Shown here: positions 1 through 9,703 of the stretch, piece after piece | Layout: each line of letters starts with the position of its first letter | Position numbering within the stretch: position 1 is the stretch's first letter | Assembly (NCBI GenBank): GCA_039798785.1 | Contig: JBDKFG010000036.1 | Span: forward strand, 45,796 to 71,459 | Reading direction: 5' to 3' | Source: Verrucomicrobiota bacterium | Lineage (GTDB): Bacteria > Verrucomicrobiota > Lentisphaeria > Lentisphaerales > Lentisphaeraceae | Length of the DNA: 25,664 nt | The notes under the pieces: generated by a model | What the model saw: the letters and a program-made list of their open reading frames with translations, nothing else | What the model was told of the DNA's origin: nothing | Database searches by the model: none | Position numbers and translations under genes: made by a program

Positions 1-1
1 G

Positions 2-24
2 CCCCCCCCCCCCCCCCCCCCCCC
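2..24. other. 23-nt poly-C homopolymer at the window edge, probably a sequencing/assembly artefact
   Basis: Uninterrupted C run at the very start. Poly-G/poly-C tails at contig ends are a known artefact of two-colour Illumina chemistry (inference). Confidence 0.6.
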
Positions 25-57
25 TTAATCTCGGAATTTCAAACATCAAGGCATCTC

Positions 58-1449
58 ATGCATCGCCGTCACTTCCTTTCCGCTTCCGCCCTCGCCGCCT
101 GCGGCACCCTCTTCACCGGCAGCGCCTTCGCCGCGGACATCGGGCGCCGAGGCCGCCCGGGCCTCTTGAAGTCACCGCACTTCAAGCCCAAGGCCAAGCG
201 GGTGATCTACCTCTACATGTCCGGCGGCCCCTCGCAGTTCGAGAGCTTCGATTACAAGCCGATGCTGGAGAAGCTGGACGGCAAGCCGATGCCAGCCTCG
301 GTCACCGCCGGGCAGCAGCTTGCCCAGATCCAGGGTCAGAAGCTCAATTGTTTCGGCCCGCGTTTCAAGTTCGCCAAGCACGGCCAGTCCGGCATTGAGA
401 TCTCCGATCAGTTTCCCGAACTCGCCAAGGTCGCCGACGAGCTTGCCGTGGTCCGTTCGCTCTTCACCGACCAGATCAACCACGACCCCGCCAACACTCT
501 CTTGAACACCGGCTCGATCCTGCCCGACCGTCCTTCGATGGGCTCGTGGGTCGACTACGCCCTCGGCGCCGATTGCGACGACCTGCCCGGCTTCGTCGTG
601 ATGGAATCGGTGAAAGGCGGTCAGGGTCAGCCCCTCGCCGGCCGCTACTGGGCCAGCGGTGCCCTCCCTGGCGTCCACCAGGGTGTCAAGCTCAATTCCC
701 GCGGCCCGCTGGTGCATTTCTCCGGCAACCCCGTCGGCGTCGCCAAGGAACAGCAGCTCGCCGTCGCCGCCGCATCCGGCGTCCTCAACCGCCATGCCGC
801 CAGCGAGTGGGCCGACATCGAAGCGGCAACCCGTTCGCAGCAGCTCGAAATGGCGCTGCGCATGCAGGAGTCGATTCCCAAGCTCACCGACTTCAGCAAG
901 GAGCCGCAAGCCACCCTCGACCTCTACGGATGCAAGCCCGGCGACGGCAGCTTCGCCTCCAACTGCCTGATGGCCCGCCGACTGGTCGAGAAGGGCTGCC
1001 GCTTCATCCAGCTCTACCACCGCGACTGGGACCACCATACCAATATCCAAGCGCAATTCCCTGTTCTCGCCAACTACGTCGACCGCGGCATCTACGCCCT
1101 GATCACCGACCTCAAGCAGCGTGGACTCCTCGAAGACACCCTCATCGTCTGGAGCGGCGAGTTCGGCCGCACCCCGATGTCGCAAGGCGGCGCAGGCCGC
1201 GACCACCACATGAAATGCTTCAGCGGCTTCATGGCCGGCGGCGGTATCAAGGGCGGCACCACCCACGGTTCCAGCGACGAATTCGGCTTTGCTCCCGCCG
1301 AGCATCCACACCACATCCGCGACTGGCACGCCACCATCCTGCATCAGCTCGGCATTGATCCTGAACAACTCAGCGTCAAACTTGACGGACTCGACTGGAA
1401 ACTCACCGGCGTAGAAAAAGCCAATCCAATCAAAGAGATACAACTATAA
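58..1449 (+). CDS. DUF1501 domain-containing protein (sulfatase-like fold), Tat-exported
   Basis: Tat-like signal MHRRHFL...AFA. Family motifs KAKRVIYLYMSGGPSQFESFDYKP, RPSMGSW, CLMARRLVE.G.RF, WDHH, GEFGRTP and GRDH. Strong C-ending codon bias. Confidence 0.92.
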   Translation: MHRRHFLSASALAACGTLFTGSAFAADIGRRGRPGLLKSPHFKPKAKRVIYLYMSGGPSQFESFDYKPMLEKLDGKPMPASVTAGQQLAQIQGQKLNCFGPRFKFAKHGQSGIEISDQFPELAKVADELAVVRSLFTDQINHDPANTLLNTGSILPDRPSMGSWVDYALGADCDDLPGFVVMESVKGGQGQPLAGRYWASGALPGVHQGVKLNSRGPLVHFSGNPVGVAKEQQLAVAAASGVLNRHAASEWADIEAATRSQQLEMALRMQESIPKLTDFSKEPQATLDLYGCKPGDGSFASNCLMARRLVEKGCRFIQLYHRDWDHHTNIQAQFPVLANYVDRGIYALITDLKQRGLLEDTLIVWSGEFGRTPMSQGGAGRDHHMKCFSGFMAGGGIKGGTTHGSSDEFGFAPAEHPHHIRDWHATILHQLGIDPEQLSVKLDGLDWKLTGVEKANPIKEIQL

Positions 1450-1462
1450 GAAGGAAATCATC

Positions 1463-4400
1463 ATGAGACTTAACATCACTGCAGCCCTCATTCTGGCAGC
1501 CCTGAGTAGCCGTGCCGATCCTAGCGTCGCAGGCCTTGATACAAAGCAAGTGACTAAGCCAGGAACCACTAAATCGATCGGCGCACTGTGCGTAGATTCA
1601 AAAGGCCGTGTCATCACCAACGAGGTGAATCGTATAGGTACAGCCATTACCGATGACCGCTGGCACCCCCAATGGCTGCCAGATGATTTGCTGAATGACT
1701 CTGTCGAAGATCGGCTAAAGATGTATGAAAAATATGAGATGGGCTTTCCTCGAAAACTATGGACTGAAAAGGCAGACACCGTCCGGGTCTTAGTCGATAA
1801 AAATGGCATTTATGAAGAAGTTGGTGTTCTAGGAAATTTCAATGATCCTCTAGATGGGCCTGGGATTGGTACACTTGAGAGAGATGGGCATTACTTTTAT
1901 ACCTGCATTCCAAATTTATGGAGAATTGATGACGTCAACTATGATGGTGTACCAGAAAAACGTACATCCCTAAGTTATGGCTGGGGAATTGCGGTAGGTT
2001 TTTTTGGACACGACTTGCATTCCCCTATTTGGGGGCCAGACGGAAAAATCTACTTTTCTATAGGTGATCGTGGCTACAACGTGGTCACTCAAGAAGGCAA
2101 GCGCCTTTTCAATCGCTCACGTGGGGCCGTCCTACGCATCAATCCCGATGGATCACAACTCGAGGAAGTTTGCACAGGCCTCCGCAATCCGCAAGAGATC
2201 GCTTTCAATGATACCTTCGACTTAGTCACCGGCGACAATAATGGCAATATCGGCGACAATGCGCGTGCTTATTATATTGTCGAAGGGGGCGATTATGGCT
2301 GGACAGAAGGATGGCAAGCTCTCACCTCATTCGGACAACAGATATTTGGCGATGAGCGTGTGACACCCGCTTGGTTGAGCGAAGAACTTTTTCAGACTCC
2401 CAGAGCCCAGCACCCTTGGTGGCTTGTGCCGGCATCAGGACTTGTGACTTCTGGACCATCAGGTTTAGTATATGTCAGTACTGATTCATTAGGGGCAGAA
2501 ACCAAAGGGAGCTTCCTGATTTGTGATTTTGTTGGAGGCGCTGGAGGTTCAGGAGTGCGCAGATTCACAATGGTCCCTGAAGGCGCTGGTTACGTCATGA
2601 AGGGTGGCGAAATGTGGCTCAAAAATTGCAATACTGCTGATCTTACGCTCGACCATTATGGCAACCTGCTTGTGGGTGATTTTGGCGAAGGGTGGATATC
2701 TAGCAAAAGTGGTGGAATCTGGAAAGTAGAAGCCAAAAACCCACAGCATCAAAGTGCAAATCTCTTCAAAAAGGGATTCCGCAACTTGAGCCTGGATGAA
2801 TTGATGAGTGAGCTAAGTAGTCATGACATTCAAATCCGCGTTGAAGCTCAGGCAGAGCTTGTACGCCGAGGCGCTACAAGTCAATTATTAAAAATCGCCC
2901 AAGGTGAAGGCAGTGATGGCCACCAGCTCTACGGGCGCTTGCACGCATTGCGCGGCCTGGGTCAGCTTGATGCTGTCAAAGAGTTGCGCCAGTTCATTAA
3001 AGATCCACATGCAGAAATCCGCACGCAAGCCTTGCGTGCCTTGGCTGATGCTCGATCCTCGGCTTCAGATGATTTTATCACATCACTGAATGACAGTGCC
3101 ATCCGAGTCCGTCAAGCAGCGGCCCTCGGATGCGCAAGAAAGCCGGGCAAAGGCAGCTCCGCCGCACTGATCCAAAGATTCAAGAGTTCTGACGTTAAGG
3201 ATCCCTGGATGCGGCCTTCACTGGCGCACGCTTTGGCCCGCCAAGATGATTATCTCTCGTTCAAATCTGAGCTTACTGACGCAAACGCTCGCCGCCTGTA
3301 TGTAGTGGCCTTACGCAAAGCGCGCTCCCCGGAAGTAGCTGCGTTTCTCCACGACAGTGATCCGGAGATTGTCGCGGAAGCTATCAGCGCGATTAGCTTT
3401 GAGAACATCGAGGCCGCACTCCCTGCCTTGGCCGAGTTCTCGATCAGCCCTGCTTGCTTCAAGCTGAGTGAGCTCAATCAGGCACGGGCATTAAACTGCA
3501 ACCTTCGCCTCAATAATGTGGCTGGCGCTACACGATTGCTGGACGTTCTCGCCAACAAGGATGCCCCGCAATCAGCGCGCTACATGGCTGGTTTATTATT
3601 GCGTGGTTTTATCAAACCTTGGCCGATGGACTTTGTCGAAGGAGAAAAGCTCGACTGGGATTCTGGCCAAGCTCCCCGCAAAGAAGATGCAACGGCAGTC
3701 ATCTCGTCCCGACTGGGAAGTATCATTCAAGCCGCCGATGGCCAAGCATTAAGCGCAGCAATCAAGCTTGCGGATTTGGGCAAGATCTCCCTTGATCCAA
3801 CGACGTTGCGTCGGCTTGTGCTTAACCCAAGCGTGCCCGAAGGCATCCGGATTCAGTCTCTCGATAGCCTGGCTGACAATCTCCCGATGGAAGACTTACT
3901 CACGCTGACGCGAGACCCTGTCACCGCGCTCCGCATAGCCGCGCTAAAAAAACTCATATCGAGAAACCCTAACGAGGCTCTCCCTCTGTTAATCGCAGGT
4001 CGCTCAGCCAAGGATTTGAATGAGCGCCAAGCAGCATGGCAAGGCCTCGGCCTGATCTCAGCACCTGCAAGTATCAATGCCCTCAAAGAAGGGCTTGTTC
4101 AAATCACCACAGGTAGCCATGCGGAAGTTGCACTTGATATCTATCTTGCGGCTAAAAAGCATCCTGGATTGCTCACGGAAGTGACGGCCTTAGAAAATAA
4201 ATTCTCGTCAGAACCTTCTGTTGTATGGGTCCTGGCAGCCCAAGGAGGCAATGCAAAACGTGGTGAACTGATTTTTAACAATCCGCCCAGCTCCTGTGCC
4301 TGTTTAAACTGTCATAAAGTGGGCGCTAAAGGTGCCAGCGAGGCAGGCCCCAATTTAAGAAACTTTCTGCGCCACATAAAAGTTGACGACAGGAATATAT

Positions 4401-4708
4401 ACACATTAAATAGCCTTGTTTCCCCTACCGCTGATCTCGCTCGCAATTTTGGATTGGTTGCACTGACATTGAATAATGACAGCAAGATCGTCGGGGTTCC
4501 ATTGTCTGAAGACGATATGATCATTAAAGTCAAGTCAGATAAAGAGCAATCCATTCAAAAAAATGAGATCAAATCACGGCAGAACATTTCTCCGATGCCG
4601 CCGCTGCGACCCTTACTTGATCAGGGTTTAATGAAACCCGAGGACTTGCGCGACCTTACTGAGTATCTAAAAGAAATCGGATGCACTAGTGATGGCAACA
4701 AGCACTAA
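1463..4708 (+). CDS. PVC-type membrane-bound dehydrogenase-like protein: beta-propeller + HEAT repeats + C-terminal cytochrome c
   Basis: Signal peptide. Propeller motifs GHDLHSPIWGPDGKIYFSIGDRG, GLRNPQEIAF and GGDYGW. HEAT-like repeats (DPHAEIRTQALRAL, DSAIRVRQAAAL). Cytochrome motifs GGNAKRG...CLNCH...GPNL...SPMP. RBS-like AAGGA upstream. Confidence 0.88.
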   Translation: MRLNITAALILAALSSRADPSVAGLDTKQVTKPGTTKSIGALCVDSKGRVITNEVNRIGTAITDDRWHPQWLPDDLLNDSVEDRLKMYEKYEMGFPRKLWTEKADTVRVLVDKNGIYEEVGVLGNFNDPLDGPGIGTLERDGHYFYTCIPNLWRIDDVNYDGVPEKRTSLSYGWGIAVGFFGHDLHSPIWGPDGKIYFSIGDRGYNVVTQEGKRLFNRSRGAVLRINPDGSQLEEVCTGLRNPQEIAFNDTFDLVTGDNNGNIGDNARAYYIVEGGDYGWTEGWQALTSFGQQIFGDERVTPAWLSEELFQTPRAQHPWWLVPASGLVTSGPSGLVYVSTDSLGAETKGSFLICDFVGGAGGSGVRRFTMVPEGAGYVMKGGEMWLKNCNTADLTLDHYGNLLVGDFGEGWISSKSGGIWKVEAKNPQHQSANLFKKGFRNLSLDELMSELSSHDIQIRVEAQAELVRRGATSQLLKIAQGEGSDGHQLYGRLHALRGLGQLDAVKELRQFIKDPHAEIRTQALRALADARSSASDDFITSLNDSAIRVRQAAALGCARKPGKGSSAALIQRFKSSDVKDPWMRPSLAHALARQDDYLSFKSELTDANARRLYVVALRKARSPEVAAFLHDSDPEIVAEAISAISFENIEAALPALAEFSISPACFKLSELNQARALNCNLRLNNVAGATRLLDVLANKDAPQSARYMAGLLLRGFIKPWPMDFVEGEKLDWDSGQAPRKEDATAVISSRLGSIIQAADGQALSAAIKLADLGKISLDPTTLRRLVLNPSVPEGIRIQSLDSLADNLPMEDLLTLTRDPVTALRIAALKKLISRNPNEALPLLIAGRSAKDLNERQAAWQGLGLISAPASINALKEGLVQITTGSHAEVALDIYLAAKKHPGLLTEVTALENKFSSEPSVVWVLAAQGGNAKRGELIFNNPPSSCACLNCHKVGAKGASEAGPNLRNFLRHIKVDDRNIYTLNSLVSPTADLARNFGLVALTLNNDSKIVGVPLSEDDMIIKVKSDKEQSIQKNEIKSRQNISPMPPLRPLLDQGLMKPEDLRDLTEYLKEIGCTSDGNKH

Positions 4709-4728
4709 TAACGACATAGGAGCATAAG

Positions 4729-6111
4729 ATGAGGCTTACAATAAAAATCTGGTTGACACTGCCCGCATCTCTCCTGGCAGTATTAACCGTGCTCTCATGC
4801 TCATCGACAGTCAAGAGATACGATGAGCGCCCAAATATCCTGGTGATCATGTCCGATGACCAAGGATATTGGGATGCAGGATTTCAAGGATGTACGGACA
4901 TTCCAACTCCACATCTAGATCGTTTAGCTCATTCCGGGCTTCGCTGCACAAACGGATATGCAACACATTCCTATTGCGCCCCCTCGCGTGCCGCACTGAT
5001 GACAGGACGGTATCAAATGCGCTATGCGTTCGAATACAATCCGGCCTATGATCCAAATGATCATAAACAGGGGGTGTCGACTCACGAGAAGATGTTGCCG
5101 AAATATCTTGCGGAGAAGGGCTATGCAACAGGATGGATTGGGAAATGGCACTTGGGTGCTGCGCCTGAATTCAAGCCAGAAAATCGTGGCTTTCAAGAAA
5201 CCTTTGGATTCATTGGTGGTGGCCATCAATTCATCAATTGGCAGCCCTCTACCAAAGAATATTTATTGCCGATTGAACGGCAAGGAAAACCGGTAGAAGT
5301 TACACAACATCTCACAAGAGAATTTGGATTAGAAGCATCGCGCTTTATTCAACGCCATGAAAATCACCCGTGGTTTTTGTATTTAGCCTTCAATGCTCCA
5401 CACATGCCGAATCAGCCTACTCCCGAGAGATTGCAGAAATTCATGCATATAAAAGATCCAACTCGACGCGCCTACGCCGCGCAAGTCAGCCTCATGGATG
5501 ATGCCATTGGTGAAACTCTTCAGGCCCTGAAGCGCAGTGGGCAATTGGAAAATACCTTGGTCTTTTTCATGAGTGACAATGGCGGACAAACCTATAGCGG
5601 CGCCGATAATACACCACTTCGCGACAAAAAAGGAACGGCATTTGAAGGAGGCGTCAGAGTTCCATTTCTGGTTAGCTGGCCAGGGAAACTTCCAGCTAAT
5701 AAAGAATATGATGGAATCGTCAGCGCCCTGGATGTTCTTCCCACAGCTTTAGTTGCCGCTGGAATTCATGAATCGCCGGACAAGCCTCTAGATGGAGTTG
5801 ATCTTATCCCCTACCTTTCTGGAGCTAAAGAAGGAACACCGCACGAAGTTCTCTATTGGCGTCACCTAGAGTCAGGTCAATGGGCCATTCGGAATAATGA
5901 CTGGAAGCTCGTGGCGAGAACAAAAGACTGGCGGAATCCAGGTGCGACGTCGATCCCATTCTCTGAACTTTCACTGCAATTATTTAATGTAAAGACCGAC
6001 ATGAGAGAAAGGCTAGAATTTACGAACAATAAGAAAGAAAAAACTATCGAACTTAAGAAGCTCCTTGAAGAGTGGGGCGGCGAGATTCGAGAAGGCACGA
6101 ATAGACAATAA
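4729..6111 (+). CDS. Formylglycine-dependent (family S1) sulfatase, probable lipoprotein
   Basis: Motifs RPNILVIMSDDQG, CAPSRAALMTGR (C-x-P-x-R), GKWHLG, SDNGG and EGGVRVP. Lipobox-like VLSC. RBS AGGAG. Confidence 0.95.
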   Translation: MRLTIKIWLTLPASLLAVLTVLSCSSTVKRYDERPNILVIMSDDQGYWDAGFQGCTDIPTPHLDRLAHSGLRCTNGYATHSYCAPSRAALMTGRYQMRYAFEYNPAYDPNDHKQGVSTHEKMLPKYLAEKGYATGWIGKWHLGAAPEFKPENRGFQETFGFIGGGHQFINWQPSTKEYLLPIERQGKPVEVTQHLTREFGLEASRFIQRHENHPWFLYLAFNAPHMPNQPTPERLQKFMHIKDPTRRAYAAQVSLMDDAIGETLQALKRSGQLENTLVFFMSDNGGQTYSGADNTPLRDKKGTAFEGGVRVPFLVSWPGKLPANKEYDGIVSALDVLPTALVAAGIHESPDKPLDGVDLIPYLSGAKEGTPHEVLYWRHLESGQWAIRNNDWKLVARTKDWRNPGATSIPFSELSLQLFNVKTDMRERLEFTNNKKEKTIELKKLLEEWGGEIREGTNRQ

Positions 6112-6133
6112 TTGATAAAAAGGAAAGAAAAAA

Positions 6134-8653
6134 ATGATTCACTCAATGGCCTGGATGGCACTGATTGCATTGCAAGTCCAAGGAAACGATCATGCCCCCA
6201 AAGAAAACACAGGTTCGCAGACCTACGAAAGATTCTGCATGAGTTGCCACGGAAAAAACCTTGAGGGAGCCACTGGACCTAAGCTGATTGATTCCCTTTG
6301 GCTCCACGGTGGATCCAGCCAAGAAATACTAAAATCAATCAATTCAGGATTCCCTGTAAAAGGCATGCCTGCCTTTGAATCGATGCTCAGTGCCGAGCAA
6401 AAGAATAGTTTATGCGAATATATACTATCAAAACAGCAGGGTCTTCGTGAAATTAAATATTCTTTATCCACCAATGATGGAAGTAATGGCTCTAGTGAAA
6501 TTATCAACTTACTGGCCTTACCAGATACCAAACTTTTAAAAGATAATCAGATTGTATATGAAGCTAAACTACTCGTCCATAAAGACGGAGAATATACAAT
6601 TGAAATCTATGACAACGGAAAGTCTATAATTCAAATCGGTAAAGATCAAATTAATCGCGACAAAGCAAAAAAAATCAAGGTTCGCTTAGCGCAAGGAAGT
6701 CACGATTTCAAACTCACCTATATCTGTGAGGGAAAAAAAGATAGTCTAGGGCTGTATTGGACTGGACCACAAGTCTCAGAGTGGTTAAGTGCGCCAGTCA
6801 AAGGCGCGCGCGGTCCAGACCCCATTTTCATTAAAGTCGATGACCGGGCCAAAGTTTACCGTTGCAACATTAAGGGCCAACAATCGGCCAGAAGCTTATC
6901 CATGGGTTTCCCTGGTGGGATCAACTGTGTCTATGATATCGAACACCATAATTTCACTCATTCTTGGAAAGGTCCATATATTGATGTGGCGCCAACACGG
7001 GAGGGGAGGGGGATGGGCTTTGCTCTCCCTGGGACAGAGGCCATCGAGAAAATCGATCTACCCGTACTCCCACAAGGAAAATTTAAAGGTTACTTTATCT
7101 CGGGTGCTGAGGTGACCCTCCACATAGGAGAGTCATGGGCGACCCTTTTTGCTAAAACAGATCAGTCAGGACTTGGCGTTCGTATTTCTCAGCACGCCCC
7201 CATGAGTCGGGCAATGCCTGAACCCGCGATCGAAGCAAGGGAATATTCAAACGAACCTAAACCAACACTATTGCCCGAGGGATATTCGGTACAAACCATA
7301 CCATTGCCTCCCGGTCGAGCGCTGCAAATGGCTGGCCTGGCCATTAGTCCACGCGGCGAAGTCTTCGTGTGTACACGGGAAGGCGAAGTCTGGAAACGCG
7401 GCACTCATGGTCAATGGCACTTATTTGCGGAAGGCTTTAATGAGCCCTGTGGCCTACGCTGGATTGAAGATAAAAATGAACTTTGGATCGCTCAAAAGCC
7501 AGAATTGACTGCACTCAAGGATGAAGACGGCGATCAGCGCGCCGATCAATTTAGAACAATTACCTCTGATTGGGGCTTGTCTGGGAATTATCACGAATAT
7601 CATTTCGGACCCGAGATTGGCCCTGATGGCTCGATTTACGGAACTCTGAATTTATCTCATAGACCGCAAATGGCATCCAGCATGAAAAATATCACTTGTA
7701 TGAGTGCCGTGAAAGCCATGAAGCGCGGAACCGCTTATAGAATTTCTCCCGATGGAACTTACGAAACCTTTGGCTGGGGACTCAGATCCCCGGCAGGTAC
7801 AGGCCTAACCCCTGATGGCGAATTGATCTTCCTGGACAACCAAGGAGACTGGATGCCAACTTCCTATCTCTCCATCATTGAGCGTGGAAGTTTCCATGGC
7901 CATCCAGCCGGCATGGACATTCATCCCGACTATATTGGGAAGAATCTCGATGCCATCCCTGCAAGCGAATGGGCACAAAAACGAGTTCCTCCTGCGATTT
8001 ATATTCCTCATGAGGAACTGGCCAATTCACCAGGCAACGCGATTTACGATTCCACAGGTGGCAAGTTCGGGCCATTTTCTGGGCAGATTTTTGTCGGAGA
8101 TCAAACGCAATCAAACGTATTCCGTTGCCAACTCCAAAAAGTAAAAGGCGTCTGGCAGGGATGCGCCATTGATTTTATCCGCTCCTTACGCTGCGGTGTC
8201 ATCCGAACCGAGTTTGCGCCAGACGGCTCGCTATGGACCTGCGCGACTTCCAGAGGCTTCCATTCTGTGGGTGATTTGCCGTTCGCTCTTCAACGCATCC
8301 AATGGGATGGAGCTACCGTACCCTTCTGCATTAAGTCCATCATTCATGAGAAAGGGGGCTTTAGATTCTACTTTACAGCCCCACTTAAGTCGGCTCCTGA
8401 AATCGCTGATTTAAACATTTCTCATTGGACTTATAACTTCTGGGAAAAATACGGCTCCCCGAAGGTTGATACCACCAAAGTCATTCCTGAAAAGGCTGTT
8501 TTATCCGACGATAGAATGAGCCTATTCATTGCCATTCCTGAATTAGTAAAGCGTAGATGTTACGGGTTCTTCATGCCATCGCTGACCGATGCAAAGGGTA
8601 GAAAGCTCTCATCGGATCACGGGTGGTATACACTGAACGAGACAGAAGACTAA
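6134..8653 (+). CDS. Multidomain exported protein: N-terminal cytochrome c + PA14-like domain + sorbosone-dehydrogenase-like beta-propeller
   Basis: CMSCH heme motif with WLHGG and GMPAF. PA14-like stretch DGEYTIEI...LAQGSHDFKLTY...LYWTGP. Propeller motifs GNYHEYHFGP, GLRSPAG, DNQGDW and FGPFSGQIFVGD. Confidence 0.82.
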   Translation: MIHSMAWMALIALQVQGNDHAPKENTGSQTYERFCMSCHGKNLEGATGPKLIDSLWLHGGSSQEILKSINSGFPVKGMPAFESMLSAEQKNSLCEYILSKQQGLREIKYSLSTNDGSNGSSEIINLLALPDTKLLKDNQIVYEAKLLVHKDGEYTIEIYDNGKSIIQIGKDQINRDKAKKIKVRLAQGSHDFKLTYICEGKKDSLGLYWTGPQVSEWLSAPVKGARGPDPIFIKVDDRAKVYRCNIKGQQSARSLSMGFPGGINCVYDIEHHNFTHSWKGPYIDVAPTREGRGMGFALPGTEAIEKIDLPVLPQGKFKGYFISGAEVTLHIGESWATLFAKTDQSGLGVRISQHAPMSRAMPEPAIEAREYSNEPKPTLLPEGYSVQTIPLPPGRALQMAGLAISPRGEVFVCTREGEVWKRGTHGQWHLFAEGFNEPCGLRWIEDKNELWIAQKPELTALKDEDGDQRADQFRTITSDWGLSGNYHEYHFGPEIGPDGSIYGTLNLSHRPQMASSMKNITCMSAVKAMKRGTAYRISPDGTYETFGWGLRSPAGTGLTPDGELIFLDNQGDWMPTSYLSIIERGSFHGHPAGMDIHPDYIGKNLDAIPASEWAQKRVPPAIYIPHEELANSPGNAIYDSTGGKFGPFSGQIFVGDQTQSNVFRCQLQKVKGVWQGCAIDFIRSLRCGVIRTEFAPDGSLWTCATSRGFHSVGDLPFALQRIQWDGATVPFCIKSIIHEKGGFRFYFTAPLKSAPEIADLNISHWTYNFWEKYGSPKVDTTKVIPEKAVLSDDRMSLFIAIPELVKRRCYGFFMPSLTDAKGRKLSSDHGWYTLNETED

Positions 8654-8666
8654 GAAGGGGCCACGT

Positions 8667-8694
8667 ATCCGTGTTGCATTAATGCAACACGGAT
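8667..8694. repeat. Perfect 28-bp palindrome ATCCGTGTTGCATTAATGCAACACGGAT (REP-like or intercistronic hairpin)
   Basis: The two 14-nt halves are exact reverse complements. Intergenic, flanked by GGGG and CCCCCC, with no U-tract. Function unknown. Confidence 0.85.
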
Positions 8695-8723
8695 CCCCCC
8701 CAAAAGTATTTAAGGAAAACCCC

Positions 8724-9698
8724 ATGAAGATCACAATCAAATCCGTCTATATTATTCTCTTGTTTGCTTTTGCCTCTTGCACAGGGGCAGGATCAACTGA
8801 ATCGGCGCCCCAGAAAAAAATCAAAGCCTTGATCGTTGATGGCCAGAACAACCACGCTGTCTGGCCGAAATCGACGCTCATCATGAGGGACTACCTCATG
8901 GCTACGGGGCTATTTGAGGTTGATATTGCCCGCACACGATACACCTGGAATGGCCATCAGGAGGCCGCCAGTCTGCTGCTTGCCGGTGTTGGACCGAGCG
9001 AGGATCTGCCCGCGCCCAAAACCGACCCAGACTTCAAGCCCGATTTTGCGAAGTATGATGTTGTCATTTCCAACTTTGGCTTCCGCGCCGCTCCATGGCC
9101 TGTTGAAACCCAAAAAGCTTTCGAGAGCTATGTGAGAAATGGCGGGGGATTTGTCTCTGTCCACGCAGCAGACAATTGTTTCCCTGAGTGGCCAGAATAC
9201 AATCGCATGATCGGGCTAGGCGGCTGGGGTGGTCGTACCGAAAAACACGGACCCTATGTTTACATTAACCGCGAGGGCGAGATCATCCGCGATCCCTCCC
9301 CAGGCCCCTGCGGCGCCCATGGTCCTCTGAACGACTTTCTGATCACCATGCGCGATTTGCATCATCCGATTACCAAAGGTTTGCCCGAGCACTGGTGGCA
9401 CTCTTCTGATGAATGCTATTCGCACCTTCGTGGTCCGGCCGAAGAGATGACAATCCTCGCTACTGCCGCTGAACCGCAATCACTGCGCGACAAGGGACGC
9501 AACGAACCGGTTCTCATGGCGATCGATTATCACAAGGGCAGAGTTTTCCATAGCACATTAGGTCACCACGCCCCCTCCTTCGAGTGTATCGGCTTCAAAG
9601 TCACCTTCATTCGCGGCGCTGAATGGGCGGCCACCGGCAAGGTCACACTTTCGGCGATCCCAACCCGTTTCCCTTTATCGAAAAAGGGTGGGTATTGA
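8724..9698 (+). CDS. ThuA-like (trehalose-utilisation family) domain lipoprotein
   Basis: Motifs KALIVDGQNNH, YVRNGGGFVSVHAADN, DECY and GRVFHSTLGH. Start moved from 8682 to ATG 8724 because AAGGA precedes it and it gives a clean signal peptide with lipobox FASC. Confidence 0.87.
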   Translation: MKITIKSVYIILLFAFASCTGAGSTESAPQKKIKALIVDGQNNHAVWPKSTLIMRDYLMATGLFEVDIARTRYTWNGHQEAASLLLAGVGPSEDLPAPKTDPDFKPDFAKYDVVISNFGFRAAPWPVETQKAFESYVRNGGGFVSVHAADNCFPEWPEYNRMIGLGGWGGRTEKHGPYVYINREGEIIRDPSPGPCGAHGPLNDFLITMRDLHHPITKGLPEHWWHSSDECYSHLRGPAEEMTILATAAEPQSLRDKGRNEPVLMAIDYHKGRVFHSTLGHHAPSFECIGFKVTFIRGAEWAATGKVTLSAIPTRFPLSKKGGY

Positions 9699-9703
9699 AA
9701 TCA

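Noticed and set aside
2..24. Poly-C tract as a phase-variation or G-quadruplex element
   Set aside because: It sits at the extreme sequence edge, where homopolymer artefacts are common. It cannot be supported without reads.
172..1443. 423-aa antisense ORF (and the 270-aa frame-shifted ORF 546-1358) over the DUF1501 gene
   Set aside because: Shadow ORFs expected from strong GC-rich codon bias. They show no recognisable motifs, while the + frame has clear family motifs.
8682..8723. Longer N-terminus for the ThuA-like protein as given in the ORF track
   Set aside because: That ATG lies inside the palindrome and has no RBS. ATG 8724 has an RBS and yields a proper lipoprotein signal.
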